Virus record (IMG/VR): IMGVR_UViG_3300017774_005258 | Coordinates: 1 to 31,450 of that record | Direction: 5' to 3' (one strand) | DNA length: 31,450 bases | DNA from: a virus | Lineage: Duplodnaviria > Caudoviricetes | Part shown: piece by piece, positions 16,150 to 29,100 of the stretch | Position numbering within the stretch: the first letter of the stretch is position 1 | Layout: every line of letters begins with the position of its first letter | The notes under the pieces: model-generated | The model's input: only the letters and a program-made list of their open reading frames with translations | Told to the model about the DNA's origin: nothing | Databases searched by the model: none | Translations under genes and position numbers: made by a program

Positions 16150-17859
16150 ATGCAAACTGAACCAAATGCTGCAGATGCCGGAAGTAGTCTAAACATGCCT
16201 GATAGGGACATAGGAGCATCTCTAGCTTCCAATTTAAACCCTAGTGACATTAAAGAGATTGTTATAAATTTAGATGAGGCTGCGTCAAGAATGCTCAAAC
16301 AGTTTGGTCAAGCCCGAGAAATGTCTGATACAATACGGAAATCTATAACCGAATCTGTCACTTCAGTTCGTAAGTTAGGTGGTGATATTGATGATGTATT
16401 AAAGACACAATCCCAAGCCGCATCATCTTTGGGTAGAAATGTATTAATAACACAAGAAACTACAACCAGTTTATATGCGGCTTTTAAAGTTACTGGTCAA
16501 GAAGTTACTAAAATAGTTAATGCTATGGCGGATGTTGGTATTTCGGCGTCAGACGCTGGTGAGCAGATGCACAATGTTGTGAAGGTCGCGAGAGAACTTG
16601 GTGTTAATGCTGCAGCGGTGTCAGAAAAAGTTATCACTAATATGGATGCCCTTAACAAATTTAATTTCGAAGGAGGAGTGACAGGATTGGCTAAAATGGC
16701 GGCTCAGGCAACAATGTTAAGAGTTGATATGAAAAAAACTTTAGATTTAGCCGACAAAATGTTTAATCCTGAAGATGCAATTAAAACTGCGGCCGCTTTA
16801 CAAAGATTAGGTGTTACTCAAAGTGATTTATTAGACCCATTAAGATTGATGGAATTAGGTCAAAATGACCCCGCTGAATTACAAAATCAAATTGCTGAAA
16901 TGAGTAAACAGTTTGTTAAATTAGGTAAAGATGGTAACTTTGAAATTGCGCCTGGAGCTAAAGGTCAGTTAAGAGAAATCGGAAAAGAATTGGGTATGAC
17001 GGGTGGTGAAATTGAAAAAATGGCTTTAGCCGGAGCTAATTTAGATAAAAAATTAAAAGAAATAAATTTTTCAGTAAATGCGACAGAAGATGATAAAAAA
17101 TTAATTGCTAATATGGCCGAAAAGGGTAAGGATGGTAGCTATAAAGTAAAAATTGATGGGAAAGATAAAAATGTTGATGATTTAAGTAAAGAAGATATTG
17201 ATAAATTGATAGAAGAATCCAAAAAGGGTCCTCCAACAATTGAAAAATTGGCTGAAGAACAATTAGGTGTGCAAAAAGACATGCTAGCGGCAATTAAAGG
17301 CACTAGTGACTTAACTGGTTTAGCGGTATCAAATAGTAAAACAGGTGATAAACTTTTAGGAACGGCAAAGAGTGCTGTAATGAAAACAAAAACAGTTATA
17401 CCGGACACGATGACAGATTCAAGTAAATATGGAAAAACAATAGACGATATTGCTGCCGGTGTAGCGACATCAAATTTAACTACATCTTTTTCAACTCTTT
17501 CAACTTTTGTTACAGATACTTTAATGAAGGGTTTTGAAAATTTAAATAATGGTATTAATAACGTTGTTAGCCCAATGACTAACACTCCTACCTCTACTTC
17601 AAGTAATAGTTCGTCCCAACTACCCTCAAATACCAATAATCAAAATCAATCAAGTGCGACAGGTACAAATAATCAAAATACATCTTCAACTGTTAATGTT
17701 AATTACAATGTCAATGTAACGGCCAATGGTAATAATGTTAATACTGATATGGTTAAACAGGCTGTCTCAGAGGCGATAACAAATGAAAAAACAGTTTCCG
17801 CAATTAGAGATGGGTTTGAAAAATTATATCCTAAAAAAGGAGCCACGCAAGTAGCATAG
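16150..17859 (+). CDS. Tail tape measure protein
   Basis: Ala/Gly/Leu/Met-rich helical sequence in the canonical position after tube and chaperone. The Ser/Thr/Asn-rich C-terminus ends in 'VNVNYNVNV'. TATTTATA lies at 16128-16135. Confidence 0.75.
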   Translation: MQTEPNAADAGSSLNMPDRDIGASLASNLNPSDIKEIVINLDEAASRMLKQFGQAREMSDTIRKSITESVTSVRKLGGDIDDVLKTQSQAASSLGRNVLITQETTTSLYAAFKVTGQEVTKIVNAMADVGISASDAGEQMHNVVKVARELGVNAAAVSEKVITNMDALNKFNFEGGVTGLAKMAAQATMLRVDMKKTLDLADKMFNPEDAIKTAAALQRLGVTQSDLLDPLRLMELGQNDPAELQNQIAEMSKQFVKLGKDGNFEIAPGAKGQLREIGKELGMTGGEIEKMALAGANLDKKLKEINFSVNATEDDKKLIANMAEKGKDGSYKVKIDGKDKNVDDLSKEDIDKLIEESKKGPPTIEKLAEEQLGVQKDMLAAIKGTSDLTGLAVSNSKTGDKLLGTAKSAVMKTKTVIPDTMTDSSKYGKTIDDIAAGVATSNLTTSFSTLSTFVTDTLMKGFENLNNGINNVVSPMTNTPTSTSSNSSSQLPSNTNNQNQSSATGTNNQNTSSTVNVNYNVNVTANGNNVNTDMVKQAVSEAITNEKTVSAIRDGFEKLYPKKGATQVA

Positions 17860-17914
17860 ATTTTGATAAATTAAAAATAAGTTATTAATCTATTTATATT
17901 AAAATATAATAAAT

Positions 17915-20900
17915 ATGTCAAGTACATTATCGTTTGCATCTTCCTCATCATTTAGAGATATATTATTATCAAGAAATTTAGTACCTTATAGTGTTACTGG
18001 AGTTTATACACCATCATCATCCGGAATAAACACAGAATTAACATTAAGTAATTATAATGTAATAGATTCTCCGAATGAGTTAATTACAAATGGTCCTTTT
18101 GCTAATCAATTATATCCTCTTAATGAGTATGGCCCTGATGGAGGTTATGATTTAAATATTAATTATAATGGTGCTCCACTTCCGATTAATCCAAATCAAG
18201 GGGAGTATAGTCCAAATGATACGGTTTTAGATATTATTAATGAGTTTTTTATTGACTCAGCATATATTAATAACTATTACGGTCCTGTTGGTGGATTCAA
18301 TAATATGTATGGTGTTACCACCCAAATATTAGGTCAACCCATACATCAACCTTACAGAACAAATTTTATTGCTTCATCTTATTCACCCTATTTAATTTTA
18401 TTATCTCCAGACCCTGTTGGTAGTGATGGATTATTATCTCAGGATTCCTTTCTTGCAAGATTGGGAGCTCAGAAATTAAATGAACTTTTTCAAGAAAGGA
18501 TAGCTAGACAAATTTTTATCAGTACTGTTGGTCAAGTTAATTTAGAGTCATTATCTGACCCATTTGAGGCTAGTTTAATTGTATCCGGACAAGAACCTTT
18601 AGTTTATAGAAATTGGAAGATTACATCTCCGGAGGACCCAATTTTAGCCGCCGCTGATTTGATAACAAGATTAGGTGGGGCATATTGGCCTGTATCCCCA
18701 ATTCCGGGAGACTATTTCAGTGATAACACGAGAAATGGTCAAACACAACAAACATCAACGGCCTTAAATGTTGTTAATCAATTAACAGGTGGATTTTTAG
18801 GTCCAATTTTAAATGTTAAAAGAAATCCTTCTGAAATATTTTTAGCAAATACCGGAAATGGACAAAGGTCTGTTTTATTTAGAAATCTTAATTATAACCG
18901 TTATCAACCAAGTTATGATAAAAATTTTGGAGGATTATTAGGAATTGGTCAAGCAATTGTTAGTTTAATTAATCCCGATAATGGAACGTTGGTTGGGGGT
19001 TATTATGTTGGTAGTAGAAATTCTGAACCATCCACAATAACTTCTCCACCAAATCAAGTTCCTGTTAATGCTTTTGGACAACAAGAACAATCACCGGTCT
19101 ATGGACCTTCTGAATTAGGTATTCTATATGAAGGTAATCAAGATACTCTTAATTTTGGTTTGGCAGGAAAATCAATTAGTGATAGTGGGGGTATTGATGG
19201 ACAATTCATTTGGACATCCCCTAAATATAAAGCAAACGCTGGTTTTAAAGCAACACCCGGAGGAGGGTCGGGTTCGGCAGATGCAGAATTTAATTTAATT
19301 AGTAGTAATTATCTTAAAAATGAATCGACTAACATTACATTCAAACAAACCTCAATATTAGACCAAACACAGAGATTAGTTGACTCTGCGGATAATGTAC
19401 AAGGTATCTCAAGATTAAAACACGTTGGTAATGCCATAAACCAAGTTAGTAAGGTGTTTAATGATGGGTATAAAGAGATAACTAAAGGTTCACAAGTAAT
19501 TTCTTATAAAGACCAAACAACTGGTGGTGAGGCGGGGATAGAATATTGCAGAGTTTTTACAAAAGACACACCATATTACACTTATAATGACTTACAAAAA
19601 GTAGATGGGATTACTACTTCGGGAAGAAGATTTAGTAGTTCAGTTTTAGATAACACATTCAATTTAAATATTTCTCCAACCAGAAATCCTGGCTCAACTA
19701 ATATAATTGCTGATAATGAAAATGGAATTGGGGGTTATGCTAAAAAATATATGTTATCAATAGAGAATTTAGCGTGGAGAACATCGAGTAAACAAGGATT
19801 TACTTACGATGAATTACCTGTTTGTGAAAAAGGACCAAATGGGGGTAGAGTTATGTGGTTCCCACCATATAATTTGAAATTCAACGATACAAGTCAGGCA
19901 AGTTTTAATCCAGTAACATTTTTAGGTAGACCCGAACCTATTTTCACATATAAAGATACTAGACGTTCTGGTTCTTTAAGTTTTAAAATTATTGTTGACC
20001 ACGCTTCTGTTATGAATGTTTTAGTTGAAAAACAATTGAAAGGTCAAAACAAAGAAAGAATTAATTCTATTATGGATTCTTTTTTTGCTGGATGTGTTAA
20101 ATACGATATTTATGAATTAGCTAAAAAGTTTAATACCGTTCCAACTAAAGATTTATATACATATCAAAAAATATTAAATAACCCTAGCTTGGATACTGAT
20201 ACCGCAAGAGAAGTAATTCAAGAAACTAAAGGAGAACCCTCTATCGGAACATCTACCACACAGGGAACAAGTGACCCAAAAGGAGAACCTGAGTTATCAA
20301 TTGCGGATTTGACTGAGTATGAGCAATTTGGGTTTTACTTTGATAATGACATTCCCGGTCCCTCAAATAGACAAATTGTGGTACCTAATTCGGATTATAA
20401 ATCTGATTATAATAGTTATGTTTCTGAAACAAATCAAACAACTTATGTGAACAAGTCAAATAGCTTGTTTGACCCTAATAATCCTAATCGTAATGTTAAA
20501 GAATTTTTCAATAATATAGTCATTGATAATTTCAATCACATAAACACTAAGTTTGTTGAAGACGCATTTAAAATTTTAAGCGAGAAAACGGGAACTATTA
20601 AAATAACATTAAGAAGTGCTGCGTCGGCACCAGCAAACCCTACATATAATATTGCGTTATCTAAAAGAAGAGCGGTTTCTGTTACTGAATATTTAAAAAC
20701 AACAAAATTAGGAGAATTTATAGGTAACACTTTAACTTTTTCAAATCCGGAAACGGTTGGTGAGGATGAAACGGCAATTCCCAAAAAATCAGATAAATCT
20801 GTTGGAGCTTCGGTTACTTGTACTAAAGATATTGTTGATAAAAATAATAAAACTAATAATAATGCGGCTCAAACATATGCGGTCGATGCTATGGCTTGTA

Positions 20901-22858
20901 GAAGAGTTGTGTTTGGAAAAATTGATGTCACGCAAATAAAAAAAGAAATTGTTATTGAAGATAAACCAGATATTACAATAATTCCGGACGGCAAAGTTGA
21001 TATTAAACCTGACCCACAACCGAAAAAAAAGGAACCAACGTATAGAATTGATAAAAAAATTAAAGAAGGAATAAGTAAATTAATTCTAAGACGATTATTA
21101 TCTGAATGTGATTATTTTGACGTGGTAAAAAAAGAAAATCCTATGTTATATGAGTCTATTCAGGAAAAAATTAAATTTTTTAATCCTGCTTTTCATTCTA
21201 TGACACCAGAAGGTTTAAATTCTCGTTTAACTTTTTTAAATCAATGTTTAAGACCCGGAGAAACAATACCGGTAATTGGTAATAAAGGTGAGATAATACA
21301 AAATGATGCTTTAAATACTTCTTTTGGGGCACCTCCGGTATTGGTATTAAGAATAGGTGATTTTTATAATGGTAAAATTATACCAAATAATCTTAGTTTT
21401 ACTTATGACCCATTAGTTTTGGATATGAATCCTGAGGGAATTGGTGTTCAACCAATGATTGCGGATGTAACTCTTTCTTTTGACATGATAGGAGGTATGG
21501 GGTTAGCAAAACCAGTTGAGGAATTACAAAACGCATTATCTTTCAATTATTATGCTAATACAGAAATATATGATGAAAGGGCTACTTGGACAGATGATAG
21601 TTGGAAAGCTTTAGATAAACAATATTTTCAAAATTTAATTGATGAACAACCACCAATAACTGACGTTGTTAATCAACAACCAAATCCTGCTGGTGAGACA
21701 ATTGGTGAAATTCAAACAACTATACCTGGTGAAAGTGGTCAAACAGGAGACATCACTTATAAAAAAATTATGGATACTTTATTAGATGTTACTGAAGAGT
21801 ATTACACCAATATTGTAAATCAAAAAGAAAGTATGATTGACTCATTTAACGAGGGTGTGTGGCAACTTATCTCAAAAGATTTAAGTTATACAAAAGGGTC
21901 AGTTAATTTTAATATTAATAATCTACCTCCCCCTAAAACACTCACAATTTATGGTAAACCAAATTTTGATGAAAAATTAAATAAATTATTTGATACAGTA
22001 ATTGAAGATATTGATAATGACCAAAATTTCATAATTTTTGGATTAATCTCTGATAATTTTGGAGACGTTGTGTTGAGAGACGTAAAAACAAATTTAAAAA
22101 ATTATGTTAATAATTATAAAACGGATTTTACATTAGGTGTTAACGGAATTGTTACCAATATTACACAACAACAAGTAAATATGGTTCAAGTTTTTAGAAA
22201 GATTAATTACGTAAATACCGAATCTGATGGTTTGACAGTAAGTTCAAAACCAAAAATATATAATATATCAGGAACTGATGAGGTTAGTAAGTTGAGCTCA
22301 CCTATACCAATAGATACCCGTGTGGAATTATATGAAGATTATGACAGGGTGGTCACGGATATAGAACTTTTTTATCAATTTATGAGTGATACTGATATAA
22401 TAATAGATACCTATTCATTACCAAAGGATTTTATCCCTACGGAACCTGGTATTTTTACAAGTGATTCTGATAAAGCTTTTTTTATGGTTATGGCACAAGT
22501 TTTTAACAATACGAGTAATTTAAATACATTTAGAGATTTAATAATTACTGATGATATGGATAAGCAGACATCGGGATTATTAAGAAAATTTAATAAAATA
22601 GTTGATGATTTTAAAGATAAGGTTAAAGATGAATTGAAAGCAGAAAAAAAACAAATTAAAGATGTTAAAAAAAGTGAAAAGTATTCAAATTTTACAAACG
22701 TTGAAACTCTTTATAAAAAAGGTAAAACACGTAAGTTTACATATACAACAGAAATATCTCCTCAAAATGAGGAAAAAATCAATAATTTAAATTTATTATA
22801 TCAAGGTAACAATAGTGGTGATAATACAACTTGGACCGATAAAACCCAATTTAATTAG
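17915..22858 (+). CDS. Large baseplate protein: split tube-initiator-like domain with inserted OmpA-like domain
   Basis: 'WFPPY...F.D...FLGRPEPIFTY..T.RSGSLSFKI' and 'APPVLVLRIGDFY..KII..LSFTYD...QPMIADVTLSF' flank 'FYFDND...ITLRSAASA...YNIALSKRRAVSVTEYL...VGE...CRRV'. TATTTATA lies at 17891-17898. Confidence 0.65.
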   Translation: MSSTLSFASSSSFRDILLSRNLVPYSVTGVYTPSSSGINTELTLSNYNVIDSPNELITNGPFANQLYPLNEYGPDGGYDLNINYNGAPLPINPNQGEYSPNDTVLDIINEFFIDSAYINNYYGPVGGFNNMYGVTTQILGQPIHQPYRTNFIASSYSPYLILLSPDPVGSDGLLSQDSFLARLGAQKLNELFQERIARQIFISTVGQVNLESLSDPFEASLIVSGQEPLVYRNWKITSPEDPILAAADLITRLGGAYWPVSPIPGDYFSDNTRNGQTQQTSTALNVVNQLTGGFLGPILNVKRNPSEIFLANTGNGQRSVLFRNLNYNRYQPSYDKNFGGLLGIGQAIVSLINPDNGTLVGGYYVGSRNSEPSTITSPPNQVPVNAFGQQEQSPVYGPSELGILYEGNQDTLNFGLAGKSISDSGGIDGQFIWTSPKYKANAGFKATPGGGSGSADAEFNLISSNYLKNESTNITFKQTSILDQTQRLVDSADNVQGISRLKHVGNAINQVSKVFNDGYKEITKGSQVISYKDQTTGGEAGIEYCRVFTKDTPYYTYNDLQKVDGITTSGRRFSSSVLDNTFNLNISPTRNPGSTNIIADNENGIGGYAKKYMLSIENLAWRTSSKQGFTYDELPVCEKGPNGGRVMWFPPYNLKFNDTSQASFNPVTFLGRPEPIFTYKDTRRSGSLSFKIIVDHASVMNVLVEKQLKGQNKERINSIMDSFFAGCVKYDIYELAKKFNTVPTKDLYTYQKILNNPSLDTDTAREVIQETKGEPSIGTSTTQGTSDPKGEPELSIADLTEYEQFGFYFDNDIPGPSNRQIVVPNSDYKSDYNSYVSETNQTTYVNKSNSLFDPNNPNRNVKEFFNNIVIDNFNHINTKFVEDAFKILSEKTGTIKITLRSAASAPANPTYNIALSKRRAVSVTEYLKTTKLGEFIGNTLTFSNPETVGEDETAIPKKSDKSVGASVTCTKDIVDKNNKTNNNAAQTYAVDAMACRRVVFGKIDVTQIKKEIVIEDKPDITIIPDGKVDIKPDPQPKKKEPTYRIDKKIKEGISKLILRRLLSECDYFDVVKKENPMLYESIQEKIKFFNPAFHSMTPEGLNSRLTFLNQCLRPGETIPVIGNKGEIIQNDALNTSFGAPPVLVLRIGDFYNGKIIPNNLSFTYDPLVLDMNPEGIGVQPMIADVTLSFDMIGGMGLAKPVEELQNALSFNYYANTEIYDERATWTDDSWKALDKQYFQNLIDEQPPITDVVNQQPNPAGETIGEIQTTIPGESGQTGDITYKKIMDTLLDVTEEYYTNIVNQKESMIDSFNEGVWQLISKDLSYTKGSVNFNINNLPPPKTLTIYGKPNFDEKLNKLFDTVIEDIDNDQNFIIFGLISDNFGDVVLRDVKTNLKNYVNNYKTDFTLGVNGIVTNITQQQVNMVQVFRKINYVNTESDGLTVSSKPKIYNISGTDEVSKLSSPIPIDTRVELYEDYDRVVTDIELFYQFMSDTDIIIDTYSLPKDFIPTEPGIFTSDSDKAFFMVMAQVFNNTSNLNTFRDLIITDDMDKQTSGLLRKFNKIVDDFKDKVKDELKAEKKQIKDVKKSEKYSNFTNVETLYKKGKTRKFTYTTEISPQNEEKINNLNLLYQGNNSGDNTTWTDKTQFN

Positions 22859-22860
22859 AA

Positions 22861-23187
22861 ATGAATAATAAACAAAATTACAATAGATATAACGATTTTT
22901 TGTTAAACGGTGAACAAAGTGTTGTACCCTACATTTCTATTTCGAGTAAAGCTTCTGATAAAAGATTTATTTATAAAATAGGACAATCAAGATTAGATAA
23001 AATGTCACAACAATATTATGGGACACCAACATTCGGGTGGTTGATTCTTGCTGCTAACCCAATCTTTGGTGGTGTGGAATGGAATATACCAGATGCTGCT
23101 ATATTGACAATACCATTTCCTTTAGTATCTTCTTTACAAGAATATAAATCCCGATTAGACAATCATTTTTATTACTATGGTAGGTAA
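22861..23187 (+). CDS. LysM-like baseplate wedge protein (gp53/gpX-like)
   Basis: 'YKIGQSRLDKMSQQYYGTPTFGWLILAANP...IPDAAILTIP'. Confidence 0.8.
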   Translation: MNNKQNYNRYNDFLLNGEQSVVPYISISSKASDKRFIYKIGQSRLDKMSQQYYGTPTFGWLILAANPIFGGVEWNIPDAAILTIPFPLVSSLQEYKSRLDNHFYYYGR

Positions 23188-26100
23188 ACCCGAAAATATA
23201 TTGGTCGAATTTGACTATAATAATATATCAATCATTGACCCAAATAAGGTTTTAGATAGTGATAATAATGTTATTGATAGGTTCATTAGACAAGAAGATT
23301 TAGTTATGTATGCTAATCTTGAGTGTGATGTTATACCAAGAACTAAATTAGCCATTGGTACTGGAATTGGAGATTCCATTAGGACAGTGTCTATCTCAAA
23401 AATTAATTTTTTAAAGCCTGGAAATAAACCTTATTTAGATAATTCATATACTGATGAATTAACCGGTAAAGATTCTATAAAAGGAAAAGGAGTTAATCAA
23501 CCAACTCTTAACACTATTACAAATCCAATTAATAGTGAAGATTATTATATTAAACAAACCATCAGTTCAGGAGGGAAAGCTGGTTCTATGGATAGTGGTT
23601 TATTAGGTATTACAGATATACAAATTAAACAAGGATTAGATTTTACTCCAGTAATAGACATAAAATTGACGGACATTAAAGGACGTGCATTATTTGAGGC
23701 GGGAGATAATTCACCATATGCTACATTTTTTAATTTACCTTATCCATTATTTTATCTCACAATTAAAGGATTTCTCGGTAAGGCTGTTAGATTAGGTTTA
23801 ATGTTACAAAATTTTACATCAAGTTATAATTCTGAAACGGCTAACTTTGACATAAGTTTAAAATTTTATACGTATAAATATACCGTTTTAACGGAAATTA
23901 CTATGGGTGCTATTTTAGCAACACCTCATATGTATCAATCAAGGTTTAATATTGCTCAAAGTAGTGGTGGTCCTAGTAAAACAACAACAACTCAAAGTGT
24001 TTTGGTTGAAAAAGGTTTTCAAAAAATAAGGGAGATGTATAGTGAATATAAATCTAAAGGTTTAATTTCTGATGATTTTCCTGAAATTACTTTAATGCAA
24101 CTAAGAGATAGACTCAAAAATTTTATTAAAAATATATTAGATTCTTTTGTTCAACAAAATTTAGACCCATTAACAGATTTGAAAACTTACGGGGAACAAT
24201 TATTAGATTATCAAAAAACGGTATTTTACACTTTAAAAGTTTCTTGGTTTTACGAATTTATGGATACTGAAAATTTTTTCATTTTAAACAATACGGCTGA
24301 AAAAATTTACGTCTTTAATAAGAGTTTAACTCCTCAAAAAAAAATTGAAGCTAAAGAAAAATTAAAAAGTATTATATCTCGTTATAATACTTTATTAAAT
24401 AATAATAAAACTTGTGGTTTAAATGGTTCTTATACTATTAATGGAAAAACAATAAAATCTTCAATACCAAACAGTATTATATACGAAAATTTTGTAAAAA
24501 AAATTAATGGTGACGATATTAATTTAGAAGAAACTTACAAACAACAAAGAAAAAATAATTCACCAACACCCGAAGATTTAAGTAAATTTAAAACCGAATT
24601 AGAAAACAATGGACTTTTTAATAATTTAAACATTACTCTAAAAAATGGTGCAAAACAAGTAGAATCAGATTATTTTGTATTTGAAGGTAATTTATCGTTT
24701 GTTGATTTAACTGAAAAAATTAATAAGGAATTAAAAATCAAAAGTAATGAAATTGAGGATGCGTTAACAAATGCCCTTTCTGATTTATTGAAAAAAAGTG
24801 ATAATGGGATTGGGTTTGTCCCAACAATTAGAAATATTTTAGCTGTTATATTCGCTAATGGAGAAGCTTTTTTACGATTATTAGATGATGTTCACACCAA
24901 AGCATGGGAAAAAAGAGATTCTGAAATCAGGAAAAAAGTTATTTTTAGTAGTGAAATTTCAAATGCTAGTTCAGATAATAAAACTTCAGGTGACGATAAA
25001 AATCAACCGGTATATCCTTGGCCACAAGTCATAAAAGCGACTCCGGGTGAAAATGGTCAAGAAAAATATGAGTTAAGGTATCCCGGTGATAGTGATATCA
25101 TTGGTGAAACCAAAGGTGGTTCATATGATGTTTGGCCAGAAATTGAGTTTGTTGAAGAATTTATTAATGGATTGACTCAAAAAACTCCCCCACCTGCACC
25201 ACCAGCAAAAATTTCTAATGTTGTTACTGAACCTAACAGATTCACTTTGGGGGCAATTGAATTTCCAATAAATAATCAAGTTTTTCAGAATAAGAATATT
25301 AGTAAGTTTATATATGAAATTTATGAAAGGGCTGATTTAACATCTCACTATTCTAAGTTAGATAGGACAACAAATTCAAGTTCAGAATCCGATAAAATAT
25401 CAAATGTTATTGCCGAAGGTGAAACAAATAATATTACTAAAAGTTTAGATTATACTAGTGATGCTCAATTAACTAAAACATTGAAAGAATATAATATACC
25501 ATCTAAGGATTTTGAAAAAATGTTAAAAAACATTTCAAATAATGGAGCTTCAGAAAGTTGGCAGAATTATATACGAGCAATTCCTAATACAGGATATATT
25601 AAAAACTTAGTCGAAAATAATTCGTTTAAATTCATTAGTAATCAAGACATAAATAGTTCCTTATCACAACCAGTTGTTTCAATAACAAATGAAAATGATA
25701 TTGTTAATTATTTAAATAGTTCAACAACATCAAATCAGTTTGATTTTACTGATTTATATCCATTTACAAATAAAGAATGGGTGAAAAATAATTTGGCAAA
25801 TGGTACTGCGACTGATGAAAAATTAGCGTTTAACACAACAAAATCACTAATTTTTAATACTAATAAAAAAGTTATATCAAATTTTAGTGATTCTCAATCT
25901 GGTGATAGTAAAAAACCAATAACTAATTTTATTTACAAAAAAATTGTAGAACCTACAAATTATGTTAATAACTTAAGGAATTTCTATAGTACAAGAACTT
26001 ACACAACTCAATTACCTACTGAGGGTGATGTTAAGTATTTAAATTATTCGGGGTTTGTTAGTGATTATCAAACAACTTCGATTTTTAATACTCCATATTT

Positions 26101-29100
26101 TATAAACTCAATTCAACAAGGGGTAAGTAAATCTATTAATAGTGAAGAAAATCCATATGTTAGTTCGGCTTATTTATTTATTAATAGTTTACCATTATCA
26201 ACATTAAGAGAAAAGTATAAAACATATAATGGAACAGATGCAAATTATTCGGATGAAAGTTTAGATTACATTTTTGCAACTATGAAAAAATTTGCAGCAA
26301 TTCATAAAGTTCCGTATGCTTGGGTTTTAAAAATAGGTTCAATTTGGCATCGTTATAAAACATATCTTAACACAAATATTGACATTTTAAGTGATTGTTG
26401 GAAGGATTTTGATTACCTATCTAATTTTGACCCTGTAAATAATGATAAAAATAGGGCTTATAAAATTAATATTCCTAATGGATTAAGTGCAACAACAATT
26501 GTTTTAGAAAACTATTCTACAGGTCAAACATCGACATTTAGTGGTAATGTAACCACCATAAATATTGGGTTTTATCCTAAACTTATTAATTCCTTTAATA
26601 TATTTTATCAGGGATATAGTCTTTTTACAGGATATACTGACACAGATATTCAAACAAGTATTGATAAAAATGAATTAATTTTAAGTTATGTACCGGAAGC
26701 GGTTATTAATAATTTAAATAATAAAATACCGTCTTCTAGTGTTGTTAATAAAGTAATTCCTTGGTCTGTTTCGGTTAATACAGACTATGGTGATTATCAA
26801 TATATTATGCCATCACACGGTAGTTTAATAAATCAAACAAAGGATGAGTGTATAAATAATCTTGATGAAATTGTTTATTCATTATCCGCTAATACTTCAA
26901 TGTATAATGGTTCTGTAAGATTATTTTGGGCGTCACCTAATTATGGTTATTTTGATAATAGTAAAGTTACCCCACCCCTTCCATTACAATATTTAAAACA
27001 AATTTTTTCTGGTTTGGAATCTCAAGAAAATTTCTCAATCAATGGTGATGTTAATAATTATACCGAAATGAGTGAAATGTTTTCTGTTTTTGACAAAAAT
27101 GAGTTAGATGAGTTTGAAAAAAAATTTTTAAAGTTTTCTGATTCAATTTATGACTACGACGATACGGAAAATTTAAATGAAACAGAAACAGAAAAAACAT
27201 TTAAAAATTTCCAATCATTAATGAGAATTATGATGAAAATCCCAAACACAGATATAGAACAACCATCTGTGAATGAGATTCAAAGTAAACAATTAGTCAG
27301 TATGTCTAATTTAATAACTAATTTTTTAAATTATGATGTGTATTTTAAAATTGGGAACCCGTCATCATTTAATAAACAATTATTTTATACATTTTCAAAT
27401 AATCATAAAATAGAAACACCAATAACTTGGGATTATTATAATTATAATACACCAAATTCATTACCTACTACCGACCCTAATTCACCATCATTAAATGTAT
27501 CTATATTTTTAAAACCAGATGAGTGGGTAGCGTTAGAAACATACGTTGGTTTTTCTGAAATATCCGGATTAACTTATTCAGATAATGGGTCATTTATTAC
27601 GGACTTTTTTGTGGATTGTAATATTGCTTTCGATGTGTATAACATAGAAAAATTAGCACCAATTATTAAAATATATGCTACTCAAAAATTAAAAGACAAC
27701 ACTTTAAATTATGACAAATTTGTCAATTTGATGAATGGTTATTTAGATGGTTTAGATTCCTTTAATAGTGCAATTATTAAAAACACTGTAATTAAATTAC
27801 AAAAATTATTACCTGATGTTAATTTTTCACCACAACCAAAAATTGAAACTGTTTTAGAGAGTAAACAAAGCAAACTTGAATTATGGGAATCTTTTAAGGC
27901 AACAAATGATAAATGGATATCAGGAATTGATTTTAAATCAAAAACTTTATTTGAAGATGTTTTATTATTAGACAGAGCCAGTAGAGATGTTGGTAATATT
28001 ATTTTAGTTGATATTGAAAAAATATTTAATGATTTAGATAAAATTAACGTTACTCAAACAATGTTAACATATGTCAGAACAATTTTGATTGATAATCATT
28101 TTGTAATTATGAATATACCGTCATATGTTAATTTTTATAATGTTCAAGATGCAATCAAAAACCCTGTGCCAAGACCTGATGGTACTACAGAATTTGCTAA
28201 CAGTTTATTTGGCACTTTTTTAAGTGTTGATTACAGAGAATCTTCGGCAAAAATGGTTTGTTTTTATGGAGGTAAACCGAGTGAGCAGTTAGATTTAAAA
28301 GATAATGTAGATTATAGATTCAGAAATGATGCTTTTGATTTAAGAAGACAAGATAATCCGTTAGTTGAAAATCAAACAAATAAAAAAGATTGGGATAAAT
28401 CTAATAAAGTTGTTGGTTTTAACATCGATTTTGGACCTCAAAATCAATCTATTTTTAAAGGATTTAGTGTTTCTCAAGACCCGGGACAATCAACAGCAGA
28501 ATCATTGGAGATGATTTATAAAATGGCAAATCAATCAAATAATAAAGGGGGTTCTACCCAAAATATTTCACTTTACAATTTATATAAAAATAGAAGTTAT
28601 AGTTGTCAAGTTGGTATGTTAGGTAATGCTATGATACAACCAACTATGTATTTTAATTTAAGACACGTCCCAATGTTTAGCGGTCCATATATGATAACGG
28701 AAGTCAGTCATAGTATTAGACCAGGTGGTTTTGATACAACTTTTTCAGGTATTAGACAAGCAACAACATCTTTACCAAAAATAGATAATTATCTCCAATC
28801 TCTAAAAACAACTTTATTACAATCAATTCTTGAGAGAAATAATAAAAATAAACAGGAAAAAGAAAAAACTGTACTTAAGGAAAAGTCCGATAATGATAAT
28901 GTTAAAAAACAAACTAGTGATAAAGTTGATGAAAATACAAAAAAAGAAGCAAAAAACGTAAGTAATAGTCAAAATTGTAAACCTGATAACCCTAAGTATG
29001 ATAAGTTTACGGTGACTGATGATAAAGATAAAGTAAGTTCTAGTGCAACATATAAACAAGTTGTTGATTTAATAGCGTCAAAAACACCCACAGGAGACCA

